64,000 bases of DNA from an uncultured delta proteobacterium (GCA_963765675.1 CAVXXK010000015.1:1-64000), one strand, 5' to 3'; shown: positions 1 through 10,305, counted from the stretch's first letter. The notes: generated from the sequence alone by a model not told the origin. Numbers and translations are program-made.

Positions 1-31
1 CTGGTGCCTTCGACCACTCGGCCACCTCTCC
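1..31 (-). tRNA. tRNA, probably tRNA-Ser, 5' part only (cut by the window edge)
   Basis: Reverse complement reads GGAGAGGTGGCCGAGTGGTCGAAGGCACCAG, an acceptor stem plus D-arm typical of tRNA-Ser. The anticodon lies outside the window. Confidence 0.85.
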
Positions 32-358
32 GCGCAATGAAACCAAGTATTTACGCGGAATCGGCTTGTCGAACAACCCCGCAGTTTGAAGATTGAATCG
101 AGATCTCTCGTTGCGCGCGATCGCGAGTTGCAGTACGAAAAAGATGCATCAACGCGGTCGGTTCTTCAGATAACCATCCCAACGAGCTTACCGTAGCTTT
201 TTCAGCGTCGCCAGAGCTATCGTTAATCAAGCGGGATCGATGAAGGAATCGAGCCCGAATTGATCCAGCCCAGGCTGCGGTTGTTCCTTTGGCCTTTCAC
301 CGCGTTCCGCTAGACCAACCGAAAAGTTGAAAACACAAGGCCCGAAGGAGAGGTCTAT

Positions 359-430
359 ATGTATCTTCCTATATCACTGGGAGGCATCGTGGTGATCGTT
401 ATAGTGCTTTGGCTGCTCGGTGTGGTTTGA
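359..430 (+). CDS. Small single-TM membrane protein, 23 aa (MYLPISLGGIVVIVIVLWLLGVV)
   Basis: Strong RBS AAGGAGAGG just upstream; hydrophobic throughout; below the ORF-track length cutoff. Confidence 0.65.
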   Translation: MYLPISLGGIVVIVIVLWLLGVV

Positions 431-497
431 ACCGTCTTGCAGCCAGCCTCACTCTTCGTGGATCGATTGACTGAGTAATCGGCAAGGAGAAATACCT

Positions 498-680
498 ATG
501 TTGCTATTGATTATTTTGATTGTTTTGCTGTTCGGAGGTGGCGGATTCTACGGATATCGCAGTGGATACTATGGCGGGAGAGGAATGAGCATGGTGAGCA
601 TCGTGTTGATCATTTTGCTCATCGTTATAGTGTTTGGCGGAGGGTTTGGCGGATTCGGACACGGAATGTACTTTCGTTAA
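498..680 (+). CDS. Small Gly-rich two-TM membrane protein (DUF3309-like)
   Basis: RBS AAGGAG; LLLIILIVLLFGGGG..YG pattern and a second hydrophobic helix. Confidence 0.75.
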   Translation: MLLLIILIVLLFGGGGFYGYRSGYYGGRGMSMVSIVLIILLIVIVFGGGFGGFGHGMYFR

Positions 681-759
681 ATCTGGCGATACGGCGAATA
701 AATGAGTGGTGCGTCCACGCACCACGCTTGTCTTATTTTTCATCAAACAGGAGATACAA

Positions 760-927
760 ATGTCGAGTGGAACCAGTGACAAAATAAAGGGCCGCGTGAA
801 AGAAGCCGCGGCCGACCTGACAGGAAATCGACGCCTTAAGAACGAAGGGCGCGTGGATCAGGCCTCTGGCAAAGTGAAAGACACAGTCGAACGCGTGGTC
901 GACAAGGTAAAACAGAAGAGCCGATAG
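760..927 (+). CDS. csbD: CsbD family general stress protein
   Basis: DKIKGRVKEAAADLTGN..LKNEGRVDQASGKVK signature; RBS CAGGAG before ATG 760. Confidence 0.9.
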   Translation: MSSGTSDKIKGRVKEAAADLTGNRRLKNEGRVDQASGKVKDTVERVVDKVKQKSR

Positions 928-1073
928 TAATGACGTCGCCAGCAGGGCACTCGCCAGCATCACTGATTTTGCAGAAAGTCCGCTCTGCCGCAGGTTCGTA
1001 GACGAGACGCACGTTTTCTCCGCCTCCTTCTTTCGCGCAGGCTCGAGGTTATCGAGCCTGGTGACAAGCTGGT

Positions 1074-1132
1074 TTGACATTCGGATTTCGTGATCCTATA
1101 ACATGAACAAGAGTTCATGAATTGAGATTCAC
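1074..1132 (+). promoter_or_regulatory. Sigma70 promoter with overlapping palindromic operators
   Basis: TTGACA (1074-1079), 17 bp, TATAAC (1097-1102); ATGAA-N6-TTCAT at 1103-1118 and ATGAA-N6-TTCAC at 1117-1132. Confidence 0.8.
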
Positions 1133-1146
1133 GAAATGATTTGCCG

Positions 1147-1887
1147 ATGAGGGTCTCGCTCAAAGTCCGCGAACGGCGGCGTGAGGAGAATGACGCCCGC
1201 GCCGAGCGCATCATGGCGGCGGCAGCGCGTGTGTTTGCGCGTCACGGAGTCGAGCACGCCACGATGGAGATGATCGCGCACGAGGCGAAAGTCGCGGTCG
1301 GAACGATATACCTGCATTTCGCGTCACGGGACGAGGTCTATCTCAATCTTCGCGCCAATCGCAGCGAGCGCCTCGGCTCAGGCTATCGCGAGGTGCGGGC
1401 GCGTGGCCTTGCGCCGCTCGACGAGATCCGCACGCTGGCACAGGTCTATATCGGATACCTGGATGAATCCGCTGATCCGATTCTGATCAGCGAGCCAACA
1501 CCGTACTACGAAATCAGGAAGCGGCTTCGGCGTTCCTCGGAGATCCGCGCGTTCGATCGCGGCTCGAAGACAAGCTGCGAAGTATTCCATCTGTTCGAGG
1601 GCAGTGTGAAGCGCGCTTTCGATGCCGGCCTGATCACCGACCAGCTGGGTCCGACCGGCGTCACTATAGCGATCTGGTCGATCCTGAATGGCGCGTTTAT
1701 GGTGACGCGCGATCGCGAATTTGTGGTTCGCACCACTGGCTTCGAGCCCAATGGATTTGTTGCCAAAGCGCTCGATTCGTATCTGTACGGCGTGATTTCA
1801 GCCGCGCATACCGGGACTGGTCATCCACGGCCGGTCGCGCCCAAAGATCGCGTACTCGGAGTTCGGAGAAAAGGAGCAGGCCTATGA
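1147..1887 (+). CDS. TetR/AcrR family transcriptional regulator
   Basis: IMAAAARVFARHGVEHATMEMIAHEAKVAVGTIYLHF helix-turn-helix. Confidence 0.92.
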   Translation: MRVSLKVRERRREENDARAERIMAAAARVFARHGVEHATMEMIAHEAKVAVGTIYLHFASRDEVYLNLRANRSERLGSGYREVRARGLAPLDEIRTLAQVYIGYLDESADPILISEPTPYYEIRKRLRRSSEIRAFDRGSKTSCEVFHLFEGSVKRAFDAGLITDQLGPTGVTIAIWSILNGAFMVTRDREFVVRTTGFEPNGFVAKALDSYLYGVISAAHTGTGHPRPVAPKDRVLGVRRKGAGL

Positions 1888-3164
1888 AGACAATCTGGTT
1901 TCACATGCAGGGATATCGCGACTTGCCCGACGATTTCCGCGATCGTTACGAGAGTATCTGGGTGACGCCGCCCAACGATGAGCTGTGTCATTCAGAGCAG
2001 GTCGCCAAGTATCTGCACTGGAACCTCGACGAACTCGAGATGGCGGACGATCTCGGCTTCGACGGTCTCGGCCTGAACGAGCACCATCAGAACGGCTACG
2101 GCTTTCCGATTTCGCCGAACATGATCGCGACGGTGCTCGCTCGGCGTAAATCGAATGCCGCGCTGGTGGTGCTCGGCAATACGCTGCCGCTTTACAATCC
2201 TCCGATCCGGGTGGCGGAAGAATTTGCGCTGCTGGATTGCCTGAGTGGCGGACGGCTGGTCGCAGGATTTCCTGTCGGCTCGCCGATGGATACCACCGGC
2301 TGTTACGGAATCCCCCCGACCCAGGTGCGGCCCCGATATTATGAGGCTCACGATCTGATCAAACAGGCGTGGACGCGGCCGGGACCGTTTGCGTTCAATG
2401 GACGCTTCAACAAACTCCGCTACGTCAATCCGTGGCCGAAGCCGCTGCAGAAGCCGCATCCTCCGATTTGGCTGGCAGGAGGCGGATCCGTGGAAACGTG
2501 GAAGTTCGCGACCGACCACGATTACACCTACAGCTATCTGAGCTTCATGGGCCACAAGTACGCCAAGGTGCTGATGGACGGTTATTGGAGCTCGGTCGAG
2601 AAGGCCGGGATGGACGACAATCCCTACCGCGCCGGATTCGCGCAGCTGGTAGTCGTCGCGGATACCGATGCGCAAGCCGAGCAAATCTACCTGAAGCATC
2701 TGCGGAACTTCTATTCGAAGTCGCTTTACGTCGCTCCGCATTTTGGCAATGTTCCGGGGTTCATGACCAAGCGCAGCTTTGAATTTCAGTTGAGTCATCG
2801 CGGCGCCAGCGCATTCAGCTTCGACTTCAAGCCGCACGAAGCAACCTGGAAGCAGCTCGTCGAAGATTCGCGAATGGTGATCGGAGGCAGCCCTGCGACC
2901 GTTGCAGCACAAATCGAAGAAGCGGTCCGCAATATCCGCGTCGGCCATCTGATGGTGATCCTGCAGATCCAATCGATGGATCCAGAACTGACCGCATACA
3001 GCTCCGGCTTATTCGCAGAGAAGGTACTGCCGAAGATCAGGGGAATCTGGGACAAGGAAGGGTACAGCGATCGATGGTGGCCGCAGGGAGCGACGCGCAA
3101 TCAGCCGCAAGTCGTACGGCCCGCGGTCAAAGGCAGTAACGGAGAAGCGAAGGTCCAGGCATGA
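1884..3164 (+). CDS. LLM-class (luciferase-like) flavin-dependent monooxygenase
   Basis: ADDLGFDGLGLNEHH, RVAEEFALLDCLSGGRL, PKPLQKPHPPIW motifs; ATGA overlap with the TetR gene. Confidence 0.92.
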   Translation: MKTIWFHMQGYRDLPDDFRDRYESIWVTPPNDELCHSEQVAKYLHWNLDELEMADDLGFDGLGLNEHHQNGYGFPISPNMIATVLARRKSNAALVVLGNTLPLYNPPIRVAEEFALLDCLSGGRLVAGFPVGSPMDTTGCYGIPPTQVRPRYYEAHDLIKQAWTRPGPFAFNGRFNKLRYVNPWPKPLQKPHPPIWLAGGGSVETWKFATDHDYTYSYLSFMGHKYAKVLMDGYWSSVEKAGMDDNPYRAGFAQLVVVADTDAQAEQIYLKHLRNFYSKSLYVAPHFGNVPGFMTKRSFEFQLSHRGASAFSFDFKPHEATWKQLVEDSRMVIGGSPATVAAQIEEAVRNIRVGHLMVILQIQSMDPELTAYSSGLFAEKVLPKIRGIWDKEGYSDRWWPQGATRNQPQVVRPAVKGSNGEAKVQA

Positions 3165-3952
3165 ACACTCAAACGGCGCAGAATGTCGAGTTGCCAGGCG
3201 GCTTCGCCGCCAATCCGGTGATCATCAAGGGCCAGGGCGCGCCCATCGTCTATCTGCACGGTCCCTTCGGCCAGGAATGGGACGGCTTTCTCGACGACCT
3301 CGCCGCGTATCGCCGGGTGTATGCGCCTGCGCACGCGGGCGCGGAAGAGACTGAGGACCTCGAGCAACTCGATGGGATTCCCGATCTGCTCCTCTACTAC
3401 GACGATCTGTTCGACCGCCTCGGACTCGAGCGTGTCGATCTGGTGGGCCATTCGTTCGGCGGAATGGTTGCCGCGGAGTATGCGGCTACGTTTCGGGATC
3501 GCGTCGGCAAGCTCGTGCTGATCGATGCGATGGGACTGTGGCGCGACGACGCTCCGGTCGGGGACCATCTGCTGGTTTCTCCCGAGAAGCTGGTGAAGCT
3601 CCTGTTCAAGGATCCTTCGAAGCCGGAAGTTGCCGCCAAGCTTGCGATGCCCAAAGAACCCGCAGCGATGAATGCGGCGATCGTGGATCGTTTCGGCGCG
3701 CTCGCGAGCACCTCGCATTTCATCCATCCGATTCCAGAGCGTGGACTCAAGCGCCGGCTCCGGCGAATCAAGGCTGAGACGCTGATTCTGTGGGGAGCGC
3801 AGGATGCGCTCGTGCCGCCAGTCTATGCAAGCGAATTTGCGAAGCTGATTCCGTCCGCACGCGTTCAAATGATCGAGAATGCTGGTCACGTGCCGCAACT
3901 CGAGCAGCGCCAGATTGTTTCGGATCATCTCCTCAAATTTCTCAGCGACTGA
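3161..3952 (+). CDS. Alpha/beta fold hydrolase
   Basis: LHG, GHSFGG nucleophile elbow, WGAQD, AGH catalytic His. Confidence 0.92.
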   Translation: MNTQTAQNVELPGGFAANPVIIKGQGAPIVYLHGPFGQEWDGFLDDLAAYRRVYAPAHAGAEETEDLEQLDGIPDLLLYYDDLFDRLGLERVDLVGHSFGGMVAAEYAATFRDRVGKLVLIDAMGLWRDDAPVGDHLLVSPEKLVKLLFKDPSKPEVAAKLAMPKEPAAMNAAIVDRFGALASTSHFIHPIPERGLKRRLRRIKAETLILWGAQDALVPPVYASEFAKLIPSARVQMIENAGHVPQLEQRQIVSDHLLKFLSD

Positions 3953-4199
3953 CCGACGAACTCTCTAGCTTCGGTGGACGTAGGAGTCGAAGCACCGAAA
4001 AAATAGCCGGTCGCCGAACCTTGAACGCGAGCGCGGAACGTTTTACAAATGTGGTTCTGTCGTCCTCAGGTTCAGTCACGCTCGGGCCGGTGGTCCCGAT
4101 AGCCGAGTATAAGATTGCTTCTGATATTCCCGCCCAAATCGTGCGCCTGAGACTCTTGTTTACGGCGGCTGAATTTTTTGGTTCGAGTTGTAGCGAGCA

Positions 4200-4874
4200 A
4201 TGTATTCGTTGAGAGATATAGCAGCCAGACTTCCTGTAGCGCTGGTGCTGTTGATCCTGCTCGCGACCGCGCCGGTCGTAACCGGATGCCGCCAGCTAAA
4301 TGACGATACAGACGAAAGCGGGGGGTTCGCAGTATCGCGCGCAGCTGACTGCCTGCCCGACATCACGCTGTTGGATCAGCACGGTCAGAAGATTTCGCTC
4401 GCGTCGCTGAAAGGCAAACCTGTCCTGTTCGATTTTATCTATACCTCCTGTCCCGGACCGTGTCTGGTTCTGACCTCGCGGATGAAGCAGGTTGCAAATG
4501 AGCTGGGATCCGCACTCGGGAAGGAAGTTCGTTTCGTTTCAATCTCTGTGGATCCTGAGCACGATCATCCGCAGCAGCTTCTCACGTACGCGGATAATCA
4601 GGGCGCCAATCTCGACGGATGGCTGTTCCTGACCGGAACACCAAAGCAGATCGACGACGTGATGGCGGGATTCAATCTGATTCGAGAACGCGAAGCCGAT
4701 ATGTCGCCCGACCACGCGCTCGAGTTTTTCCTGGTCGCCCCGAATGGCCACGAAATGCTCCAGTACCTGGGTAACAAAGCCACCGCGCAGCGGATTGCGG
4801 ACGACATGCAGCGGGCCGCCGCGGGCAAGACGGTAACGGCCGGCGACGGCTCAGTCGTAAAGGTAACCCTGTAG
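4200..4874 (+). CDS. SCO1/SenC family copper chaperone (start uncertain)
   Basis: FIYTSCPGPC (CxxxC), ISVDPEHD, WLFLTG, downstream His. Confidence 0.9.
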   Translation: MYSLRDIAARLPVALVLLILLATAPVVTGCRQLNDDTDESGGFAVSRAADCLPDITLLDQHGQKISLASLKGKPVLFDFIYTSCPGPCLVLTSRMKQVANELGSALGKEVRFVSISVDPEHDHPQQLLTYADNQGANLDGWLFLTGTPKQIDDVMAGFNLIREREADMSPDHALEFFLVAPNGHEMLQYLGNKATAQRIADDMQRAAAGKTVTAGDGSVVKVTL

Positions 4875-4927
4875 GCGTCGAGTCAGATGAAATCGGCGCC
4901 TGCACTGATCACCGATCTTCCTATCAA

Positions 4928-5467
4928 TTGAGTAACCTAGCGCAGCGGATTCCGCGTGATCTTGCCGGCGTCGCGCTAATCGCGATCTTGTCGCTCGGCG
5001 CAGGACTCGCGATAAACCGGTTCTCGTCGTCGCCGCTTCCGATCGTATATCAAACGCCGGAGCAACGATTCGACCTCGAGCTTACTTCTCTGGTTGCGGC
5101 GGCGCCCTTCAAGATCGCTCCGGCAGCGACCATCGGACTGGCGGAATTTCGTTCCGCCGTCGACAGCAAAAGCGCGACCATCCTCGACGCGCGTCCGTCC
5201 GTGTTCTTCCAGCAGGGTCACGTCCCCGGCGCTTTGAACCTCGCTCGAGACAACTTCGCGCAGGATTACCGCCGCCTGTCCGCGATCCTCAAGGCGGCCG
5301 GAGACAAGCCGATCATCGTCTATTGTTCCGGCGGCGAATGCCACGACAGCCGGCTGGTTGCTAATGCGCTTCTGACGCTCGGCTACGGCAATGTGAGCGT
5401 ATTTACAGGAGGATGGGAAGATTGGTCGTCCGCGGGACTGCCGGTGTCGACGGGAAACGCTCGATGA
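4928..5467 (+). CDS. Membrane-anchored rhodanese-like protein
   Basis: ILDARP, GHVPGALNL, IIVYCSGGECHDS, FTGGWEDW; N-terminal TM. Confidence 0.9.
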   Translation: MSNLAQRIPRDLAGVALIAILSLGAGLAINRFSSSPLPIVYQTPEQRFDLELTSLVAAAPFKIAPAATIGLAEFRSAVDSKSATILDARPSVFFQQGHVPGALNLARDNFAQDYRRLSAILKAAGDKPIIVYCSGGECHDSRLVANALLTLGYGNVSVFTGGWEDWSSAGLPVSTGNAR

Positions 5468-5937
5468 CGTCCGCCGGCAAATCGCGCGGCGAGTATGTCG
5501 TGCTCGCAGTAGCGATCGCACTCGGCGCCGTGTTCGTTTACGCGGGCGTGGACAAGATCCGCGATCCGCTGGAGTTTGCGGACAGCATCGCTGCCTTCTC
5601 GATCTTGCCGCTGACGTTCATAAATCTGCTCGCTCTCGGTCTGCCGGTGTTCGAAGTAGCGTGCGGTTTTCTGGTCGTCATACCGCGGACGAGGAGACTC
5701 GGGGCTTTTGCGCTAGTACTCATTTCGGCACTTTTTTTCACCGCGTTGCTGTCCGCGTTGGTCCGCGGCCTGACTCTGGATTGCGGATGCTTCGGCATCG
5801 GAGCGCCGTCGCGTCCGCGCATGTGGCTCGAACTCGTTCTGGATGCTGCTCTCTTTACTGGCGCGCTGTTCGTCTATTCCCGTTCGAATGGTTCGCAGAA
5901 GCTCGCGGGACGTCCCTCATTTGAGCATCTCGCCTGA
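5464..5937 (+). CDS. MauE/DoxX family redox membrane protein
   Basis: LGAVFVYAGVDKI, LPVFE, RGLTLDCGCFG motifs; ATGA overlap with the rhodanese gene. Confidence 0.88.
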   Translation: MTSAGKSRGEYVVLAVAIALGAVFVYAGVDKIRDPLEFADSIAAFSILPLTFINLLALGLPVFEVACGFLVVIPRTRRLGAFALVLISALFFTALLSALVRGLTLDCGCFGIGAPSRPRMWLELVLDAALFTGALFVYSRSNGSQKLAGRPSFEHLA

Positions 5938-6049
5938 CGAGCTCGTTACGACGCTGTCGGCGCTAGAGGTTATCCCGACAACTTGCGTGGCGTCGCGGCG
6001 TTGCACGAACGGACGCTCTGTGACTCATGGGATTTACAGACGCAGCTTC

Positions 6050-6253
6050 TCAATGCAGGACAGGCCTGTCGGCGGCCGACAAGTGGTTGAGACTCTCGCT
6101 TATCGTGTTTGCCAGCTCGCGATAGGCTAGCGGATCGAACCGGAGGGTCAGACATCCAACGATCAGATGAACCACTCCGCAATCGCACATCTCGATCTTG
6201 ACCGTCCCGCATTCGGCGAGCCTTCGCCTCTCACAATTTCCTTTGTTCGCCAT
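6050..6253 (-). CDS. Small Cys/His-rich protein (CDCGVVHL motif), possibly metal-binding
   Basis: RBS AGGAG; starts 11 bp after the TonB receptor stop; five Cys in 67 aa. Confidence 0.7.
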   Translation of the reverse strand: MANKGNCERRRLAECGTVKIEMCDCGVVHLIVGCLTLRFDPLAYRELANTISESLNHLSAADRPVLH

Positions 6254-6264
6254 TCTGGCTCCTG

Positions 6265-8701
6265 TCAATTACTGCTCATTTTGAACGCAGGCAGCGGAAT
6301 CGTCAGCGTGTCATAGACCGTGATTCTCGGACCATAGGCAGCCTGAAAGATGCCGATTCCTTCGGCCGGTCTGATGAGGTTGGTCCGGTCAAGGATATTG
6401 AGCAGAGTGATTCGGTCTATGATTTCGCCGAGTTTAGGCACTTGAAAACTTCGTTGCCCGCTCAAGTCTATCTGGACGACATTTGGCAAAGATTCCAGGT
6501 CGGCAAAGCCGGCGCGCAGCCCGCTGCTATAGATAGCGGAAACGCTGAACTCGTATGGCTTCCATCGATAGGTCGCTCCTCCCGACGCGCCGTAAAGTGG
6601 CTGATGGTCGAGCACGATGTAGTGACGGTTGATGTATCCTAACTCGACCGGATCAAAGTTGAATTGTCCGGTTGCCACTCCTTTCTGCATGTTCCGGCCG
6701 ATCGTGAGGCTGCCGTATAGTGAAAGGGTTTTAGAATTGTACGTGAGCGCGGTTTCCGTACCCCAAATATAGCCGTGCCGGTAGTTGAACGGCGCAAAAA
6801 TCGGCACCGAACCAAACTGGCCGGTATCGAGGTAGTGATGCGTGTATTCGTAAAACGCATCCTCCGACAGTGTGATCTGCTCCGTCAGGTGATGAACTAT
6901 ACCGACATCCCACTCATAGTCGTCTTCAGTTTCCGGAGTAGAAACTCCGGTTCCAGCTTCGCCGGTAGTATCTTTAAAGGCGGCAGGCGCTCCAGGCGAG
7001 ATTCCCTGGAAGCTTGGCACCTGCATATAGCGCGCGAACCCAGCGTGGAGAGTCGTATCCTTGCGTGGCAGATAAACCAGGTTGATCGTCGGATCGATTT
7101 GGTTGTTGTAGGAAAACCCGCTCAAGCGGTCCCAGCGCAGGCCGAAGTTGACGCGAAACTTCTCGGCGATTTGCCATGTATCTCCGACGTAGATCCCCGA
7201 CAGTAGATTGATTTTGTTTGCATTATTGATCACGCGAACAGGCACGAAGGGAGGCCCTATCGGAGTTCCCGACTTATCGGTTGGGAAAACCAGCGAGTTG
7301 TCGTCGGCCTCTACTCCGTATTCTCCGAGATAGAATCCGGCACTTAGCGCATGTTCACCAAGCTGGTAAGTCACATCGCCTTGCAGCGTGTTGTCCAGAT
7401 CGCTGTGAAAGGCCGTTGATGCAACCCCCTGGTAGACGAGCTCGCCGACGTTATCGGGCTCGAACTGTTGCGAAATATAGTGAGCCGCATAGGCAAGCTG
7501 ATAGGTCAGCTGGGGCGAGGGTGCGCCGTTGATCGCGAGGATTCCCATGTAATCACGGAAGTTCAGGTACGAATTGATATCAGCAGAGTTAGGAACGGTC
7601 GCGCCCGTGAGTTCGAACGCGGGTGGAAGATTCGGCTGATTAGGCAACTGGTTATTGCTCGCAGCGACCGAGGTAATGAGGCTTACCCGGGTAGTCGGGT
7701 TCAGATCATACGCGAAGAAGCCAAATCCCTGCCCCTGATTGGTGTGATTATGAATCGCGTCGGGCGCAGGCGTAGCGGAGCTGAACGCACTATTGCTCTG
7801 GCTATAGAGTCCGCTCACATAGTAACTGAATTTGCCCTCGCATCCGCCATACTGAAAGCTTGGCTGGACCGTATTGCGCTGGCCGCCGTACATGCTGAAA
7901 CTTCCGCCGGGTTGCTCACATCCGTCTTTGGTATGAATCGCGACTACGCCGCCAGTGGCATAGCTGTACCGCGACGGCAGGATGCCATCGAGCAGGCTGA
8001 GTTGCTTTACGAACATTGGATTGAGCATCGAGATGAATGACGGGTTGGTATTAATATCGATTGGGACCATGACCCCGTTGATTTGGTACTGGAATTGAGG
8101 CCCTTCGGTGTTGCGTATGTGTATCTGCTGATTTTGATCGATCGCGACGCCCGGCATCTGCGTCAGACACGTCGGTGATGGTTGAGTGTTCACCAGTCGG
8201 CAGGTTGGAGATGTCTTTGTCTGTGACTGTGTATTCGTTCGAGCCGGTATGCGAGACGCCATTTTGTGCGCGAATCACGTTGGCCTGGACCGGCAATGTC
8301 AGCGCCGTCTCTGTGTCCAGGCTGATCGATATCGGCGTTACCGTGGCGGGCGGAAAAGCCACGATCTTGATTGATGACTTGAAACCGGACTTCACGGCTA
8401 GGAGCGAATAGACCCCCGGCGTTGGCGGTGAGATCTCGAACCGCCCAGCCTGGTCAGTGGTCGCATGAGCGATCACGTTTCCGGCTTTGTCGCGCAATTC
8501 GATATTCACCTGGGCCAGTGGCCTGCTGAGCGTATCGGTGATCGTTCCGGAAATGTGCCGAGAGGCGGCATAACTTGGAGACGCAAGCGCAATTGCGGTG
8601 ACCACGAGCAAAAGCCACAGCACGCGGCTCGCTCGGTGAGGCTCGCCAACGGACAGATGGAGTTTCGTCGAGCGAAGGTTTGAGTTGTTCAAAGCACGCA
8701 A
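6265..8701 (-). pseudogene. TonB-dependent receptor with N-terminal carboxypeptidase-regulatory-like domain; +1 frameshift at ~8167
   Basis: ORFs 8051-8701 and 6265-8262 join as ..STITDV|LTQMPGV.. if base 8167 is removed; plug (QYQINGV, GGVV) and beta-barrel patterns. Confidence 0.85.
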
Positions 8702-8746
8702 TGGCAGTCCCTAATTCAGGCACTCTTCTGGCCGCGCGGGCATTCT

Positions 8747-8777
8747 GTTGATATCGAGAGTGATTCTCAATATCGAC
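8747..8777. promoter_or_regulatory. Fur-family box (31-bp imperfect palindrome) upstream of the TonB receptor
   Basis: GTTGATATCGAGAGTGATTCTCAATATCGAC; resembles the Fur consensus; minus-strand TTGACA at 8795-8790. Confidence 0.75.
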
Positions 8778-8867
8778 TTGCGGTCGCTTTGTCAACCGCG
8801 CAACTCGAATTTGTCGAAAGGATTTATCGCCCGGACGTAATCGTCCGTCAGAAGTGCGCCGACTGCT

Positions 8868-9560
8868 TCACACGCCCGCGAACCATTCGTAGCCTTGATC
8901 TTCCCAGTATCCGCCGGTGGGATGCGGCAGGAAGTTCACTTGGGTCAGGTACTTGACGCTCTTGTAGCCTAGCTTTACCGCCGAATAGAGCCGCAAGGGC
9001 GCGCCGTGTTCGGGGTAGAGTGGATGCCCGTTCATACCGTACGCGAGGATCGTCTGCGGATGCAGTGCGCTCGCGAGATCCCACGACGACCAATAGCCAT
9101 TGTCGAACGATCGGAATTCGACGTACCGCGCTTCGGGCGCCGCGCCGACCGCCCGCGCGATTTCGCTCACCTTCACGCCTTGCCATGACGCCACCGCCGA
9201 CCATCCCTCTACGCAGTGATGCCGGATACGCATGTCGGTCATCGGCATCTGCTGGAGTTGAGTGACGGTCAGCATCGTGGGACGGGCGACCAGTCCGCCG
9301 ACCGCGAGCGTCCAATTAGGCGGCGCTATCGGAATCATGTCGGAGATGAAATAGACCGGGAAGTCCTTCTCCGGCGTCAGCTCAGAGACCGGCGGCTCGG
9401 GCGCGAGCCGATTCGGCGAGAGCAACAGGCTCTGGACACGCTGATTCCACCGCGTCATCGCGCCCAGGAAATGGGATGCGACTGGATTGTCGCATCCGGT
9501 GAGAACTCCAGCCGCGGCAATTCCGGCGAGCAGCTTGCGCCGCGTGATCAACCTAGCCAC
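8868..9560 (-). CDS. Molybdopterin-dependent oxidoreductase (sulfite oxidase/MsrP-like), Tat-exported
   Basis: TRRKLL Tat motif, HHCVEGWS, HGAPLRL, KLGYKSVKY, GYWEDQGY. Confidence 0.92.
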   Translation of the reverse strand: MARLITRRKLLAGIAAAGVLTGCDNPVASHFLGAMTRWNQRVQSLLLSPNRLAPEPPVSELTPEKDFPVYFISDMIPIAPPNWTLAVGGLVARPTMLTVTQLQQMPMTDMRIRHHCVEGWSAVASWQGVKVSEIARAVGAAPEARYVEFRSFDNGYWSSWDLASALHPQTILAYGMNGHPLYPEHGAPLRLYSAVKLGYKSVKYLTQVNFLPHPTGGYWEDQGYEWFAGV

Positions 9561-10290
9561 GCGGCCCTCCGCTGACCATGTTGACGATCGTTCTCGGATG
9601 CAGTGCCACCAGCACCAGGTGCGTCGCCGTAAACATCGCGAGCATCACCAGCGCGCCCAGATGGATCACGCGCGCGAAGTCGTAGCCGCCGTATAACGCG
9701 GTCAGCAGATGAAGCTGCACGGGCTTGTAGATCGCCAGACCGGAGAACACGGCAACGATCGCGAAAACGATCGCCGAGGTGTAGGCGAGCCGCTGAAGAC
9801 CGTTGTAAAAATCCTCCGGCGGAGCGGTCGCGCTGACCTTCAAATAGTACGCGAACATCGCGATCGCGCCGGACGTGTCGCGGCGCGGCAGAAACATCCG
9901 CCGCCGCCACTCACCACTGAACATCAGATAGCCAAGATAGACGAGTCCGTTTAGGACCAGGAACCACGCAATCGCGAAGTGCCACTGCCGCGCTCCCGCC
10001 AGCCATCCGCCAAACCGCATCCATCCCGGCGGCGTCATCCCTTGCAGCGGATACCACTTGTACAGCGCGCCGCGAGGTCCGAGGTTCGGATACGCCGCGT
10101 AAATCTGCAACCCGCTTCCCGCCATGATCGCGAGCAGTGGAATATTGATCCAGTGAGCCAGGCGAATCGGCAGCGGATGCACCAGCCGGCCTTGTGATCG
10201 CGGCTCCTCGCGCGGATCGAATTTCAACTTCGTCGTGAGACGGCTCGACCGCCGTGCTTCCCGCGCCGGCGCTGCCCTGATGCTTCCCAT
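9553..10290 (-). CDS. Cytochrome b/b6 domain membrane subunit partnering the molybdoenzyme
   Basis: IRLAHWIN, ARQWHF, YNGLQRLAY, ARVIH heme-ligand motifs. Confidence 0.9.
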   Translation of the reverse strand: MGSIRAAPAREARRSSRLTTKLKFDPREEPRSQGRLVHPLPIRLAHWINIPLLAIMAGSGLQIYAAYPNLGPRGALYKWYPLQGMTPPGWMRFGGWLAGARQWHFAIAWFLVLNGLVYLGYLMFSGEWRRRMFLPRRDTSGAIAMFAYYLKVSATAPPEDFYNGLQRLAYTSAIVFAIVAVFSGLAIYKPVQLHLLTALYGGYDFARVIHLGALVMLAMFTATHLVLVALHPRTIVNMVSGGPRG

Positions 10291-10305
10291 GATTTGCTGG
10301 GCCCT

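Noticed and set aside
1-350. tRNA-anchored genomic island
   Set aside because: The window lies on the tRNA 5' side; no integrase or att duplication was seen.
4080-4115. Possible c-di-GMP riboswitch (ATAGCCGAG) upstream of SCO
   Set aside because: The GGCAAAC/GAAA/CGCAAAGC core is missing.
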